64,000 bases of DNA from a virus (Duplodnaviria > Heunggongvirae > Uroviricota > Caudoviricetes). The position numbers and the translations under genes were made by a program. Position 1 is the stretch's first letter; each line of letters begins with the position of its first letter. The stretch spans positions 43,394 to 107,393 of IMG/VR virus record IMGVR_UViG_3300028805_000051; one strand, written 5' to 3'. Of the stretch, positions 1 through 12,700 are shown piece after piece. Below the pieces are notes generated by a model. The model was not told the origin of the DNA and made no database searches. It was given only the letters and a program-made list of their open reading frames with translations.

Positions 1-1
1 A

Positions 2-118
2 ATTGAAATATTGAAAAATCTTGAAAATGAACCATTAAAATCAAAATGGGTACATATTTATGATACTTATGGTTCTGACTATATTACATACACAATTACT
101 AAACAAGAAATAAAATGA
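2..118 (+). CDS. 3' end of a hypothetical protein (truncated by window start)
   Basis: Open frame IEILKNLENEPLKSKWVHIYDTYGSDYITYTITKQEIK*; its TGA overlaps the thyX ATG (ATGA at 115-118). Confidence 0.6.
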   Translation: MEILKNLENEPLKSKWVHIYDTYGSDYITYTITKQEIK

Positions 119-1113
119 AATTCTTAGAACCTGTAACCCAAATAATCCAACAACCAGAAGGATTAGATGGGATATATAAACAAATTGAATATGTAGGAAG
201 AAGTTGCTGGATGTCTCAACATATGATAAAAGAAGATTCAGCAACTTCTTTTGTACATAATTTACAAGAAAATGGACATACTGCTCCTTTTGAACACGGT
301 ACTGTCTATTTAAAATGTTATGGGTCTGAAGATGAACTTAAAAAATATGCTAAAAATCCTTATTCTAGATATATTAGAATATACGATCATAAAGAAGTTT
401 GTCAAGGAGATGTAGACTACTATGCAACTGAATATGTCACAACTAATTATAGAGTAATCATAGAAAATAATTGGTTTGATGATTTACAGTATATTGTTCC
501 GTTTGATAAAGAACATCATGTTCCTAGAATAACTTTCCATTTTGTTTGTCAAAGAGCTATATCTGCTGAATTTAATAGACATCGACATAATTCACCAATG
601 GAGTCTAGTTCTAGGTATTGTAATTTTTCTGGGGATCGATTTGGTAGAGAAATTACAATATGTGTATCTGACTGGGTAATTAAAGAAGCTGAACAAAATA
701 TTAAACCTATTGGATTTAGACATATTAAAGGAATTGATGCTTTAAGCGAATGTAACAAAGGTCTTGAACAATATTGTTATGAAATTGCTAATGGTTATGA
801 TGTGGCCAATATGAACAAGATTGATTATTGGTTATTTGCTAATTTAGCCTGTGAACATGCTTATATGAATATGATAAGACTTGGAGCTAAAGCTGAAGAG
901 GCAAGAGAGGTTTTACCATTAGATCTTAAAACAGAATTATATCATACAGCATTTTTAGACGATTGGTTACATTTCTGTTCTTTAAGAGCTTGGAAGAGTA
1001 AAGGTAATAATCCACATCCTGAAGCAAAAAGATTGGGTATTGCAGTATTTGAAGGACTGAAATATTTAGGTTTTGTTACTGATGATTTTAGAAAAGATAG
1101 AGAAATAGAATGA
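115..1113 (+). CDS. thyX: Flavin-dependent thymidylate synthase ThyX
   Basis: ThyX signature RHRxxSxxxxSxR (EFNRHRHNSPMESSSRY), plus EEAREVLP and HPEA C-terminal motifs. Confidence 0.92.
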   Translation: MKFLEPVTQIIQQPEGLDGIYKQIEYVGRSCWMSQHMIKEDSATSFVHNLQENGHTAPFEHGTVYLKCYGSEDELKKYAKNPYSRYIRIYDHKEVCQGDVDYYATEYVTTNYRVIIENNWFDDLQYIVPFDKEHHVPRITFHFVCQRAISAEFNRHRHNSPMESSSRYCNFSGDRFGREITICVSDWVIKEAEQNIKPIGFRHIKGIDALSECNKGLEQYCYEIANGYDVANMNKIDYWLFANLACEHAYMNMIRLGAKAEEAREVLPLDLKTELYHTAFLDDWLHFCSLRAWKSKGNNPHPEAKRLGIAVFEGLKYLGFVTDDFRKDREIE

Positions 1114-1949
1114 AATTTTTAAAAATAATTGAATCTAGTATCTTATGTTTGAGGTTTCCATTTTTATACCCAAGAAATAGGTTTTCTGGTTTACATTATA
1201 CTAACTGGAAAATGTTTAATTTTGTGGGTAATTGGAAATCTCAAACTTATGATATTATATGGTTCCAACCAACAGCAGAAAAGAAAGGTTGGTCTATAAT
1301 AACTCAAAGAATTAATGATTTCAGAGAGTATACAATTTTAATAAAAGACAATAAAGTATTTATTAAAAATAATAAAAAAGTTATTTGGGAAAAACCATTT
1401 TCATACTTTGGAGAAGGAGAAATTAAAGGGATAACCAAAAATGATGATAATAAACTTTGCTTAGTTGTTTCTGAAGATTTTAAAAGAAATGAAAATAGTC
1501 AATGGTTAATCACTATTATCCATTCAAAATGGTTATATAAATTATGTAATCTTGTAGATTGGATTCATAAATATCCAGTACAATGGTTACACCTTATTCC
1601 AACATTTACTGAATTGGATGCAATGGAAACTGGTTGGAAAAATGCATTTGGAATCCAAATGTGTAAAGAAATTAAAATTGCTTTAAAGAAAAATAATTGT
1701 TTAAGGAAGTATAGAATTACACAAATTAAAGAAAAATATGGTTCATTAAGATGGTATGATACTGGAGCACCAGAAGAAGTTTATAAAATCATATCTAAAT
1801 ATGAAAAAATTTCTACTAAAACTTGCATAATTTGTGGAAAACCTGCTAAATATATTTCCAAAGGTTGGGTAAGTCCTTACTGTGAAAACTGTATTGGTAA
1901 TAGAAATTATACTAAAATAGGAGAAGACAATTATGATGAAATGGTATGA
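1110..1949 (+). CDS. Conserved phage hypothetical protein with C-terminal Zn-ribbon-like CxxC motifs
   Basis: 279-aa ORF; QIKEKYGSLRWY...TCIICGKP...PYCENC resembles a widespread phage hypothetical family; ATGA overlap with thyX. Confidence 0.75.
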   Translation: MKFLKIIESSILCLRFPFLYPRNRFSGLHYTNWKMFNFVGNWKSQTYDIIWFQPTAEKKGWSIITQRINDFREYTILIKDNKVFIKNNKKVIWEKPFSYFGEGEIKGITKNDDNKLCLVVSEDFKRNENSQWLITIIHSKWLYKLCNLVDWIHKYPVQWLHLIPTFTELDAMETGWKNAFGIQMCKEIKIALKKNNCLRKYRITQIKEKYGSLRWYDTGAPEEVYKIISKYEKISTKTCIICGKPAKYISKGWVSPYCENCIGNRNYTKIGEDNYDEMV

Positions 1950-2193
1950 TGGAAAAAATGGATTTCTAGTTACTAAAGTTATAGTGGAATATTCACAACC
2001 TGGAGATGGTTGTGAATCCTGTGATAATGAACAAGTTCTTAGACTTGAAGCAATGGACAATGGAGTTGCTCCATTTATTCGTATAAGTACTCCTACCGGA
2101 TATTTTTCTATTGCAGATTTAGATGACCTAAAACCAATATTTGAAGATTTTAAAGAAAAAGTAAATTATGAAGAAAAAAATAGTTGCAATTAG
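1933..2193 (+). CDS. Hypothetical protein
   Basis: 86-aa ORF packed between neighbours; ends TAG-TGA (2191-2196), so it terminates in either genetic code. Confidence 0.65.
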   Translation: MMKWYDGKNGFLVTKVIVEYSQPGDGCESCDNEQVLRLEAMDNGVAPFIRISTPTGYFSIADLDDLKPIFEDFKEKVNYEEKNSCN

Positions 2194-2848
2194 TGATTTA
2201 CATGGAAATCTCCCAATGGATCTTCCAGAAGGAGATATTTTATGTATTTGTGGAGATATATTTCCACTAGATATCCAAACTCAAATTTTAAAATGTGATG
2301 ATTGGTTAAACGATGTGTTTATTCCCTGGACTATAGAATTGCCTTATGAAGAAATTATTTTATTAGCAGGCAATCACGATTTTTATTTTGAAGAAGCAGC
2401 TCCGGTAGATACTTTTTTAACATTTGATCATACTAAAATTACTTATTTACGTGACTCTTGGGTTACTATATATGGAATCAAGTTTTATGGTACACCTTGG
2501 TGTCATAAATTTGGAAATTGGGCATTTATGGAAAATGATGCAACTTTGGAGTCTATATTTAAACGTATTCCAGAAGATGTTGACTTTCTTTTAACTCATG
2601 ATGCTCCTTATGGAACTAGTGATATTTGTATGCAAAATGTATATTGGAATAACGGAGACCATATTGGTTCTAAACCATTAAGAGATGCTGTTATTGAAAA
2701 GAAACCAAAATATATGTTGCATGGACATCTTCATTCAACTAATCACGATGAAGAAATTTTAAATGAAACTAAGGTTTATAATGTAAGTATTCTTGATGAA
2801 AGATATGAAGTTGCATATTCTCCTTTAATTATAGAATTTGATAAATGA
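2168..2848 (+). CDS. Calcineurin-like metallophosphoesterase
   Basis: Motifs SDLHG, CGD, GNHD, THDAP and GHLH occur in the canonical order. Confidence 0.9.
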   Translation: MKKKIVAISDLHGNLPMDLPEGDILCICGDIFPLDIQTQILKCDDWLNDVFIPWTIELPYEEIILLAGNHDFYFEEAAPVDTFLTFDHTKITYLRDSWVTIYGIKFYGTPWCHKFGNWAFMENDATLESIFKRIPEDVDFLLTHDAPYGTSDICMQNVYWNNGDHIGSKPLRDAVIEKKPKYMLHGHLHSTNHDEEILNETKVYNVSILDERYEVAYSPLIIEFDK

Positions 2849-2994
2849 AAGAATTACTTCGAAAAACTATTATACGTTGGTTTGTATGTATACTATGGGA
2901 GGGAAAGCATGATTATCATAAAATATCTCCCATGGATATACATTATCGTTATTTAGCTGAATGCAAAAGATGCCATAAGCAAAAGGTGTTTTAA
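2845..2994 (+). CDS. Small Cys/His-rich hypothetical protein (49 aa, not in the ORF track)
   Basis: MKELLRKTIIRWFVCILWEGKHDYHKISPMDIHYRYLAECKRCHKQKVF*; ATGA overlap with the upstream gene; contains CxxC. Confidence 0.55.
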   Translation: MKELLRKTIIRWFVCILWEGKHDYHKISPMDIHYRYLAECKRCHKQKVF

Positions 2995-3044
2995 TATATT
3001 GTTCAAAGTTAGATTTTGTTTATTTTAACATTTAAAAAAATAAT

Positions 3045-3677
3045 ATGATAATTGGAATATCTGGAAAAATTGGTTCTGGAAAGAACGAAGTTGCAGATAT
3101 GATATCTTATATTGGCTTTAGAAATGCTGATGGGACTTTTAATCAGTTTAAAGAAGCTCAAGATATAAGAAATACTTTTTTCAAAAATGAAAGATGGGGT
3201 GATGCCGAACGAACATTACCAAATATTCATTCTTTTGCAGCAAATTTAAAGAAATGTTTAGCAGTGTGTACCGGAATAGATTTTCATAAATTAGAAGATC
3301 GAAATGTAAAATCCTCTGAAATTCCTTGGCTAGGTATTTCTTACCGACAACTATTACAACGGTTTGGAGAAGGTGTTAGACTTACTGTAGACAAAAATTT
3401 CTGGGTCAATTCTCTGTTATCTCAATATGAAAAGTCAAATATTTGGATAATTTCTGATGTTCGACATATTGTTGAAGCAGATGCTATTCTTGATAAAGGT
3501 GGTATTTTAGTTAGAGTAAATAGAAATGGGCTTGATACTGATAACCATATAAGTGAAACAAACTTAGATGATTATCAAAAATTTAATTATACGATAGACA
3601 ATAATGGAACTTTAGAAGATTTATTTAACAAATGTAGAAATCTTTTAGAAACTATAGCTAAAGATAAACAAAAATAA
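3045..3677 (+). CDS. Deoxynucleoside monophosphate kinase (T4 gp1-like)
   Basis: N-terminal P-loop IIGISGKIGSGK, then FAANLK, RQLLQRFG, IISDVR and HISE motifs. Confidence 0.85.
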   Translation: MIIGISGKIGSGKNEVADMISYIGFRNADGTFNQFKEAQDIRNTFFKNERWGDAERTLPNIHSFAANLKKCLAVCTGIDFHKLEDRNVKSSEIPWLGISYRQLLQRFGEGVRLTVDKNFWVNSLLSQYEKSNIWIISDVRHIVEADAILDKGGILVRVNRNGLDTDNHISETNLDDYQKFNYTIDNNGTLEDLFNKCRNLLETIAKDKQK

Positions 3678-3680
3678 ATA

Positions 3681-3740
3681 ATAAAGGGCGTAAGCATTAA
3701 TCTCGTTTGAGGTTAGTGTTTACGCCCTTATTTTTTTTAT
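3681..3740. terminator. Bidirectional intrinsic terminator between the convergent + strand and late gene blocks
   Basis: Long hairpin AAGGGCGTAAGCATTAATCTC-GTTT-GAGGTTAGTGTTTACGCCCTT with G:U pairs, A-rich on the left and a T-run on the right. Confidence 0.85.
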
Positions 3741-6700
3741 TAATTATCATCTTTTCTTCCGTTATCACCTATAGGTCTGCCTAGTGTATTAATTTTTACA
3801 TAATCTAATACACTTTCCCTAGTTCTACCAACAGCAGCTAACTTTACTAAAGTATCATACATATCAGTATTACCAGAAATACAAGATGATAATCTTTTAA
3901 CAGTATTAGTCGTTGTAGTTATAGAAAATGGAGTCCATTGCATACCTCTACCAAATATAGTATTCATAAAGAAAAAGTCGTCAGTTGATGTTTTTAACAT
4001 AGCTACTGTATTTAACATAGCAGTATTAATTATAGCATCTCCTAAATCTTCATTTCCAACTTCTTTAGTGTAATCTTTTGCAGCTGTTTGCAATGCTGGA
4101 GCAATTAACATTCCAAGTAACAGCATCATTAGTAAATCATACCACCATTGAGATAAATTAGCTCGATAAGCTGTTTTTAAATTTTCATCTGGATTGTTTG
4201 CAAATTCATTATATGCATTAGAAAATGATTTAAATAAAGTTAATACATTTTTATTATCCTCATCTTTAAAATTTTCATATCCAGTTTTTAAAATATTTGA
4301 AAGAGTTACAAATATTCCTTCTTGATACTAGCCCTACCAAACCATAAATGGAGTATTAGTCACTTCTGTAGTTGGATTTCCTTCATCATCTTCATAATAA
4401 TAAATTGGATTTCCTTTATCATCTTTTTCAGAATAATGAACCCATTTACCAGTCATACGAATACCTCCTGGAGCCATAAATTGATTCTTTTTAGATGACC
4501 AGAAAGTATTCATTTGCATAAATAAAGCACCAGCAGTAGTAGATTGAATTAAAGATTTCTTTTCATGCGAATAATATCCATATACCATATCAGCCATAGA
4601 TTTAATACTTTCAGCCTCCAATACTGTATAAGCTCTTGGTAATGGTAATGGATGTTCAACATTTACTACAAAATCTACTAATTCACCATTACTGTTTAAA
4701 TATTTAGCATTTTCATTCTAAAATTGTTTAGCAACTGCTAAATATCTTGCTTTTTGTTTATTAAACTCATTTTTTAAACTTTCTGGAATTTCATTTTCTT
4801 TGCCAGCATATTTAGCAAATATTTCATAACGTTTATCTTTAGTCCAGTCATAATTACCATGTTCATCATGTGCTTCAAAACAACCATCAGCTCTCATATG
4901 GGCACCAAAGATAGTCATTCTATTATAGAAGTCAGGTCTTGAGGCAAAATGGAAAGCAAGATTATTAAAATTAAACATACCAAATTGATTTGGAAGAATT
5001 TTACTACCATAAGTGTTCATATCCATATCATTTATACCATATACTTCATTTAATACTCTTGCTAAGGATTTATTGTTACTAAAATGTCCTAATTCTTTAT
5101 ATATCCAGAAAAAGCTGTCTTTAAAGTTTTTGGCAGAAAATGCTTCAGTTCCGTCTGGATTTTTTATTACTAGCATAATGTCTTTCCATAAACCATCAAT
5201 AGCCTAATATAACTATCTTGGATTAAAAGCTAATGCTAGTTTAGAAGCACCCTACATAAGTTTTCCAGCCATAAATGATAACTAATTCCATTTTGGATCT
5301 TGTATAGACATATTTAGTACTTTAGCAGTAATAAAGTTATGTAAATACTCGATATCCTCAGCAAATTTATCGTTTAAAATAAAACTTTGATATTCTAATT
5401 GATATGCTACAGCTTTTAATACTGGAAATATTTTATTAATATTATCCTTCATTACATAACTAACACAATGTGCTGTAGTTAGGACTTCAAGATTTCTTTC
5501 CCAAAAATCAATACCTCTACCATTAGGGTTACTTTCACTTTTTGGCTCTAATACAGTTTTTCTATATTCTTCATTTTCAAAAGCATCAAAATTACTTGAC
5601 ATTTCCCATAATTCAAAGTTTTTATTTTTTGCTTTTGCCATACGATTTTTTAAAGCCTAATCACCTGTTTGCTTAACAACATCTTCATCAGTTAAAAAAT
5701 CTCTAAAAAATTCTTGAAGATTTTCCTTATTAGGAATTAATTTACTAAATGAATCTTTTATAGCATACCATAAACCTTTATTAGCAATTTTAGAACTAAA
5801 AGAACCTCTCATTAATGGAGCTCTTAAATATTTAAAAGAATCTTCAGAATTTAATAAAAATTCTAAATCCTACATTGTGTGTATCTAATTAGAATATCTC
5901 CTACTATTTATTTGAAATAAACAATATTTTAAATATTCTTTTTCAGTATCAGTCATTGTATGGTCTTTAAATGGATTTTTAAAAATAATATCGTCAGGAT
6001 AATCATCATCATACATATTTTCAAATAAAGAAGCTTCATTTCCAACAGTTTTTGATTTTAAATATCCAAAACTTTTTTCTTTTCTTAATTTTTCTCCAAG
6101 CTCATATAATTTTTTTGTAACAAATTGTACTTCATCTCTAACATTTTGATAACCGGTATTTAATTGTCTACCTACTAAATTTAATAAGTCACTATCCAAC
6201 ATACCAGGATTATCAAGACTGTTAGCACTCCATCCTTTTGTAAAAGCTTCTTTAAGTCCAGATTGATTTAAATACTTATGATGGTCTTGTAATTGTTGTC
6301 TAAAATGTACACCATCTAAAGCACCAATAGCACTATGTATATCAACTAATAATCTATAGGCTTCACTTTTATTTTGATCATTAAGTGTTTCTTGTTTAGT
6401 ATTGTGCTCTAAATTAAAAGTATCAGAAATATCTTGAGCAATTTTAACTAAACCACTTCTTATTGCTACAATATTATCAGTTGGTAACTGATCAAAATCA
6501 CTTAATGCAGAAGTTACTTTTTTGAACCTATGATTTGGTGGATTAGCACATATTTCTTTAATTCTTAATTTTACTAAACTTAAGTAAGAAGCAAATTTAC
6601 TTTTTGTAAGGTTATTCTGCATTGGATGTTTTTTATCCAAATCACATAATTCCTTAAAGTTGTAAATCAGTTCTTCGTTGCTTGCTGTAAAACCTTCATC

Positions 6701-8686
6701 AGTTGCCTAATTAAAAAGCATAATATTACCTATAACACTTTCATTTTGAAATATATCTTGCATTTCATTTAAAGCAGCTAATGTTTCCATTAACTTTATA
6801 TTACCATAAGTACTAGCTAATACTAATTCTCCTGGTTTATTTTTAGCTACAATATCCGAAACAAATGTTCCAGTTAATGTTTGTCTATTTCCGCCAAGTT
6901 TTATATTTTCTCTAAATTCATGTGCTGAAGTATCGCACACTAATACGTCAATTCGTTCACTAAATATATTCTATACTAATATAATTCCCAAACTATCTAA
7001 TGCTTCAGAATAACAATTTAAAATACGATAATCTGGTGTAGCATATCTATTTAAAATAGTTTCAAGTCTAGGTGAGTATTTTAATTCAATAGGTTTATTT
7101 GGGTCATTTATTGCATCCTACAAAGCAGATTTAATTGCTTGTGTCTATCCTTGTACATAATTCTTAGATTCCTCTATATTTAATCTTGCAGTGTGAACTT
7201 TATCAATTAATTCTTCAAAAGTATCTCCTTCATATAATTTTCCATTAAACTAACAAGTGTATTTTTTAGCATTCTTTTTTAATTTATCTGCTTTTTTAAG
7301 TTTAAGAAATTCTTTAGTATTTTCTCTTGTAATTTCAGACTATTTAGCAAATGAAGTAAATTTATTTTCAGAAAACGATTTAACTGCATCTAGAATATCA
7401 CCATCTGCTATTATTTTTCTATTTAAAGGTAAAAATTTATCAACATTTTTATTAATATTATCAGAACCAAATCCTTTAATATTTAATTCCTCTAATACCT
7501 GATCTTCTACAGTAACAGAATCAAATGTTAATAAAGTTCTAATATCACCTTTTTCTAAATCAATATTATGTAACTAAAAATTATTAAATTTTATTGGTGC
7601 AACAAAAACTTTGGAATCACCTCCTAATGAAAATCCCATTCTTTCTAACATTCTCCTATAAGTAGCTAACTAATATGAAAATGTTAATTTTTTTGAAGTA
7701 TCATAATCAATATAATTTTTAGGAGATGTTTTATAATCAATAATCTACATTGCTCCATTTTTATCTATTACAAGCAAGTCAAAATTACCTACTAAATTAG
7801 TAATAGATTTATCTCCTGAAAATCCATTAATAGCAGTAATTGCAGATACTTCAGGCATAAATAATAGATCTTGTCCAAATTTATCATTTAATTCTTTATG
7901 TAATTTTTTACAAGCTTCTAATGTAGAGTCAATTACTGAATCTGGAATAATTTCAGAAAATTTTATTCCTTTATATTTTGCATATTTTGGATTCTATGCT
8001 GTTTTATCACTAATCAAATTAAAATTAGTTAGTGAATTTTTCATAGTTTGTTTTAAAGCATTATCATCAAATATTTTATTATTTATTGCTTTCCAATACG
8101 ATTCAAACATTCTATGTATTCCAGTTCCCATAAATCCTTGCATTGGCCAAGAAGCTGAAATTAATTTTTTACCTTTTTCAATTTGATCTGGAGTAGGAAT
8201 ATTTGTTATATCCTATGGTCTTACTCCTTCTCCAAATACAGCATTTATTTCATTCTACGTAGCTATTTTACTACCACCTCTAGTACCATTCCAATAAGAT
8301 AAGTCGTTCCAATCATTTCTTATTTTATTTTGCCAATAATTTTCCTCATTAAATATTGGAAATAAAATATTACCGTATTCATCAACATATTCAGTTAATC
8401 CTCTAGTTACTGGAATATGACCTGGAGGTAACATATCAGTATCATAATCTTCAAATATATCTGATTCTAATCTTATCTATTCATATCCCTACATTTTTTT
8501 CTTTGCTACCTCATCACGTTTAGTGATTATAGTGTTAGCATTTTTTTGTTTAGTAGAGTAATCAAAAACAATGTCAGTAATAGTTCCATTATACTTTAAA
8601 CTATTAACAATAAACTCGTCAAGAGCTAATTCTGAGTTGAAAACTCTACCATTTTTATAAGTAAAAGTACATTTCATATTACTCAC
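3740..8686 (-). CDS. Giant virion cargo protein (~1648 aa, TAG=Gln) with a PD-(D/E)XK RecB-like nuclease domain
   Basis: Track ORFs 3740, 4334, 4718, 5282, 5885, 6707 and 8489 share one frame, separated by TAG; motifs GTGIHRMFE, GNFDLLVID, IIDYKTS and YQ(TAG)LATY at ~7650-8150; ends TAA. Confidence 0.85.
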
Positions 8687-9755
8687 ATTTTTGTATTAAT
8701 TCACCATCTTCTAATAATTTAGATTTTATATTAGCAGTTTTTCTATGAATAGCTGCTAAATCCATTATAGTTAGTGGTGTTTGTTTTATAATTTCAGATT
8801 TAGTTTGAATTGCTAAATCAAGTAAACTACCTTTAATAATATCTTCTGCTGGAAGCATTTTCACTGTAGTTTCTCCCATTAATACAGAATCAATATTTCT
8901 TGTAATATTATATAATAAATACTAAATATCAGATTCTTTCATAGAATCGAACTCTGTGTTATATCCAGATAAAAATTTAGCAAATTCAGTTACAAAGTAT
9001 TCCTCTAATAAATCGTTCTAAGATTTATTACCAAATTTAGACTGTAGAGTTTCTAAATCCACATTTTTTAATTTAGATATTATATTAATATATTGATCAG
9101 GATTTGTGTACCTCATACCTCCTAAAAATATATGTAACATTTCATGTATTGGGGATTCTAATTCAGCTAATTCTGTATTTACATATATATTACCATTAAA
9201 GACAAAAGCTTTTGCTATTTTAGACTGGTCTGGTAAATCTTTAAATTCATCAGAATATTCAAAATCTGAAGAATCAATTGGAATTATATTGATTCCATAA
9301 TATTGTTGTAATTTAGATAATGCATTAACTAATACTACTCTTCCACTTTCAGGAGTACTTTCATAATTTAATTCAAAATTATTTTTAACAGTCTCAGCAG
9401 TAGGTCTATGTTTTATTTCAACAAAAAATTTACCATTTCCAATGTTAAATCCCATTATTTCTAAATCTCTATGTATATTATTTAATTTAACTATTGCTTG
9501 TTCAAAAGATTCCTCTCCAGTTAAATTTAATAATGTATTAATTTCTGCTACCTACGAATTTCCAACTTTTTGAACATTAAGTTTTTCCTTTAAATATTCT
9601 TCAGAATTTACATTAGGTAATTCATCTAAATTAGGAAATCTATCAAATTTTGTTAGATAATACTAACACCAAAAATCCAAAGTAGTCTCTGGAATACCAG
9701 CCATATTTTTCAATGACTGGTATTCCCCAAGACTCTTATTTATACAACTTGCCAT
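8679..9755 (-). CDS. Virion cargo protein with a zincin HEXXH motif (~358 aa, TAG=Gln)
   Basis: Starts MASCINK at 9755, in frame with track ORFs 9018 and 8679; FVFNGNIYVN...SPIHEMLH; ends KCE-TAA. Confidence 0.8.
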
Positions 9756-9760
9756 TATTT

Positions 9761-12700
9761 TTAACAATCAGTCTTTAAAATATCCATTAAATCTTCTGCA
9801 GATATATCTCTAATAAACTAACTACCTAATTTATTCATTATTCCTAATTTAATAAATAAATCTGTCATTGATTTGGCACCTAATATTTTAACTTTTTCTA
9901 AGTCCTTAATATTATTCCAAGTTATTCCTTTGTATTCAGTTAACTCACCATTAACTGGAATAACTTGTTCTTTAATGGTACTCATACTTAAGTTATTTAC
10001 TACAGTAGGATTAGTAATTGTATTATCAATAACATAATAATTAGATTCATCTATTTGTCTTAAGAAAAATGATTTTCTTTGATTTTCTAAAGCTTGTGCA
10101 GCTTCTCCATCATATTCACCACTTTCACTATAACTACTTTCATCATTTTCTGAATTATCCTAATCATAATCTATATCAGGACTATCATCATTTGGTAACG
10201 ATTTCTACTTTTTATGTTTATTAGGATCTAATTCCAATAATACAGTTTTACCAGTAGCTGGATTAACTTTTCTAATATAAGGTAACCCAGTAGTAAAGTT
10301 ATTATCTATAGGAGCAATTTTCTTTAAGAAATTGATTAAATCATTTTTACCAAATTGTTTTATTTTTGCAAATATATAATCTGGAGATGTTTTCTAAAAA
10401 TCAAAGAATTTCTAAATTAAATCTGTTTGTCCTTCAAAACTTTTTTTACTTGTATCAAACATATATGATTCAAATAAAGTAGTTAATGAATTTTCTCTAA
10501 CAGCATTTTGATTAACAATTAGATTATAAACATACAAAGCATCTAAGAAATGAATATTACCCAATTCTGGGATTTTGACATCTTTTATAATGTTTAATCC
10601 TTGTTTATAATGAGCTATTTGTTCTTCTTCATATGTATTTTCAGGTAATAGCTTAGTCTATGTAGCTAACTTAATTAAAGTATTTTTGTCTAAAGTTTTA
10701 TCAGTTTTAATAAAACCTAATGATTTTAACAATTCATTATTAGGATATTTACTTTTTAAACTAGGAATTACAAACTATTCAAATATATATTTAAAAGTCA
10801 TATTTCCTTCATATGTTCCTAACGTAAAATTATAATCAGTTGGGGCATTTACTAATTTTAATGTTCCGTCTGATTGTTCTTGTAATACTTTAGTATTACC
10901 AGAATTTGGTAATTTACCTTCACCAAATCCAAAATCATATGTCTTTAAAAATTCATCAATAAAACTTCCATTTATATAATCAATAGTGGATGATAGTAAT
11001 TTTTCTCTAGAAGTTTTATCTCCCCTCATACTATTTAAATAATACTTAGATATAAAGTTAGTCATATTCCATACAGAAGACATAGAAGATGTTAATGTAA
11101 ATAATGCTGCTGCAGTCTACATATATCCATGATAATGAGGTACTGTAACAAATGCTTTAAATATATTTACACCAAACTTTAATTGATCATAAGTATCAAT
11201 AACAAGCTACTAATATTCTGAATTTTTTACAAATTCAAGAAAATCTACTTGATTTAAATTAGGCTTTATTAATAAATCATCTGTAACCCCATCATTAGAC
11301 ATTAATTTTCTATTATAATCCTATAATGGTTGTAAAATTTCATTCATTACTTCTGATGTAATTCCTCCCTATAATGATTGAATAGTATCTACTCTCGAAT
11401 TTAATATCCCTTCAAAACGACGTATCCAATTTATTTGTTCACTTAAGGAATTTGGAAGTCCCTAATTAAGTCTGGCTCCCATAGTAAATGACTGCATTTC
11501 TCCTAACATAAAACAAAGTTTCTATATTTCATTAAATGCATTCAATTCCTATCCATCCGATGTTAAAAAAGTACTAAATGTTACAGAATCTTTTAATCTA
11601 CTCCAATCTCTTAGTTGTTCTTGAGTTCTCTTTATTTTATCTAAAGTAGATTTTTTAACTGCACTAGCTGTTAAACATTTTTCAAATGTTTTATACTATT
11701 CTGTAGTTAATTTTTCAAGATTTTTTACAGTTGGATTATTTTTAAAGAAATCAGGTAATTCGTTAAATGATCTTAACATTTTGTTTAATACATTATCAAG
11801 ATCAAAATCTTTAGGTCCAATTTTAATAAATTTTAAAACTGATTTAACATCAGGATAACCAGACGCTCCAGTAAAAAAATTTGCAGGAATTAAATTAGCT
11901 ATTTTTAAAGCAGGTTCAGATGTTAATAAATTTATTAATGTTTTTACATCCAATCCTAGTGTAATTCCAGCTAAATATAATCCTATCATTGATTCCTAAG
12001 CATTAATCTTAGGTAATGTTGGATCTTTTGCATTATCTGTTGCAAGTGATAAGAATCCAGAATATAATAATGCTGCATCAACACTCTAATCAATTTCATT
12101 TAATGCCTATGCAACTTCTGGAGGAAGTTCAGTATCTAACTATTGATGTGAATTAGCTATTAATTTAACTAATTTTCCACAAATTTCTTGATTAATTAAT
12201 AAATTAGCTTTATCTTCCTAACTTCCATTATTTAATATATTACAAATGTATTGATAATATGCTTCAAATACTTTTAAACTAGAAGCAACAATACCGGTAT
12301 CTGTTTTACCTCCCATTGTAAGAGCCCTAGTTCTATACTGACTTGTTAAAGAACCTGGATCAGCATCATTAAGTTTTTTAGAATATGGTAAATCTGCAGA
12401 TAAATCTTTAATTGTATTTACAGCACCATCTTTACTATCAACAGATTCTTCTCCTTGAATTTGATTAACTGCATCTTTACCAATATTATACATTGACGAA
12501 GATACAAAGTTAATTAAAGCATTTGATACATCAACATTTGGTTTATTAATATATAAGTTATGTCTATTAATTATATCTTCTAAACCTTTTATATTAATAT
12601 TTTGAGGTATTCCTCCTAATTTATTAATTGTATTTAATAATGTTGACAATTTTTTAATATTTTCTACTGATGTTTTAAACATTAAACCATTATCAGTTTG

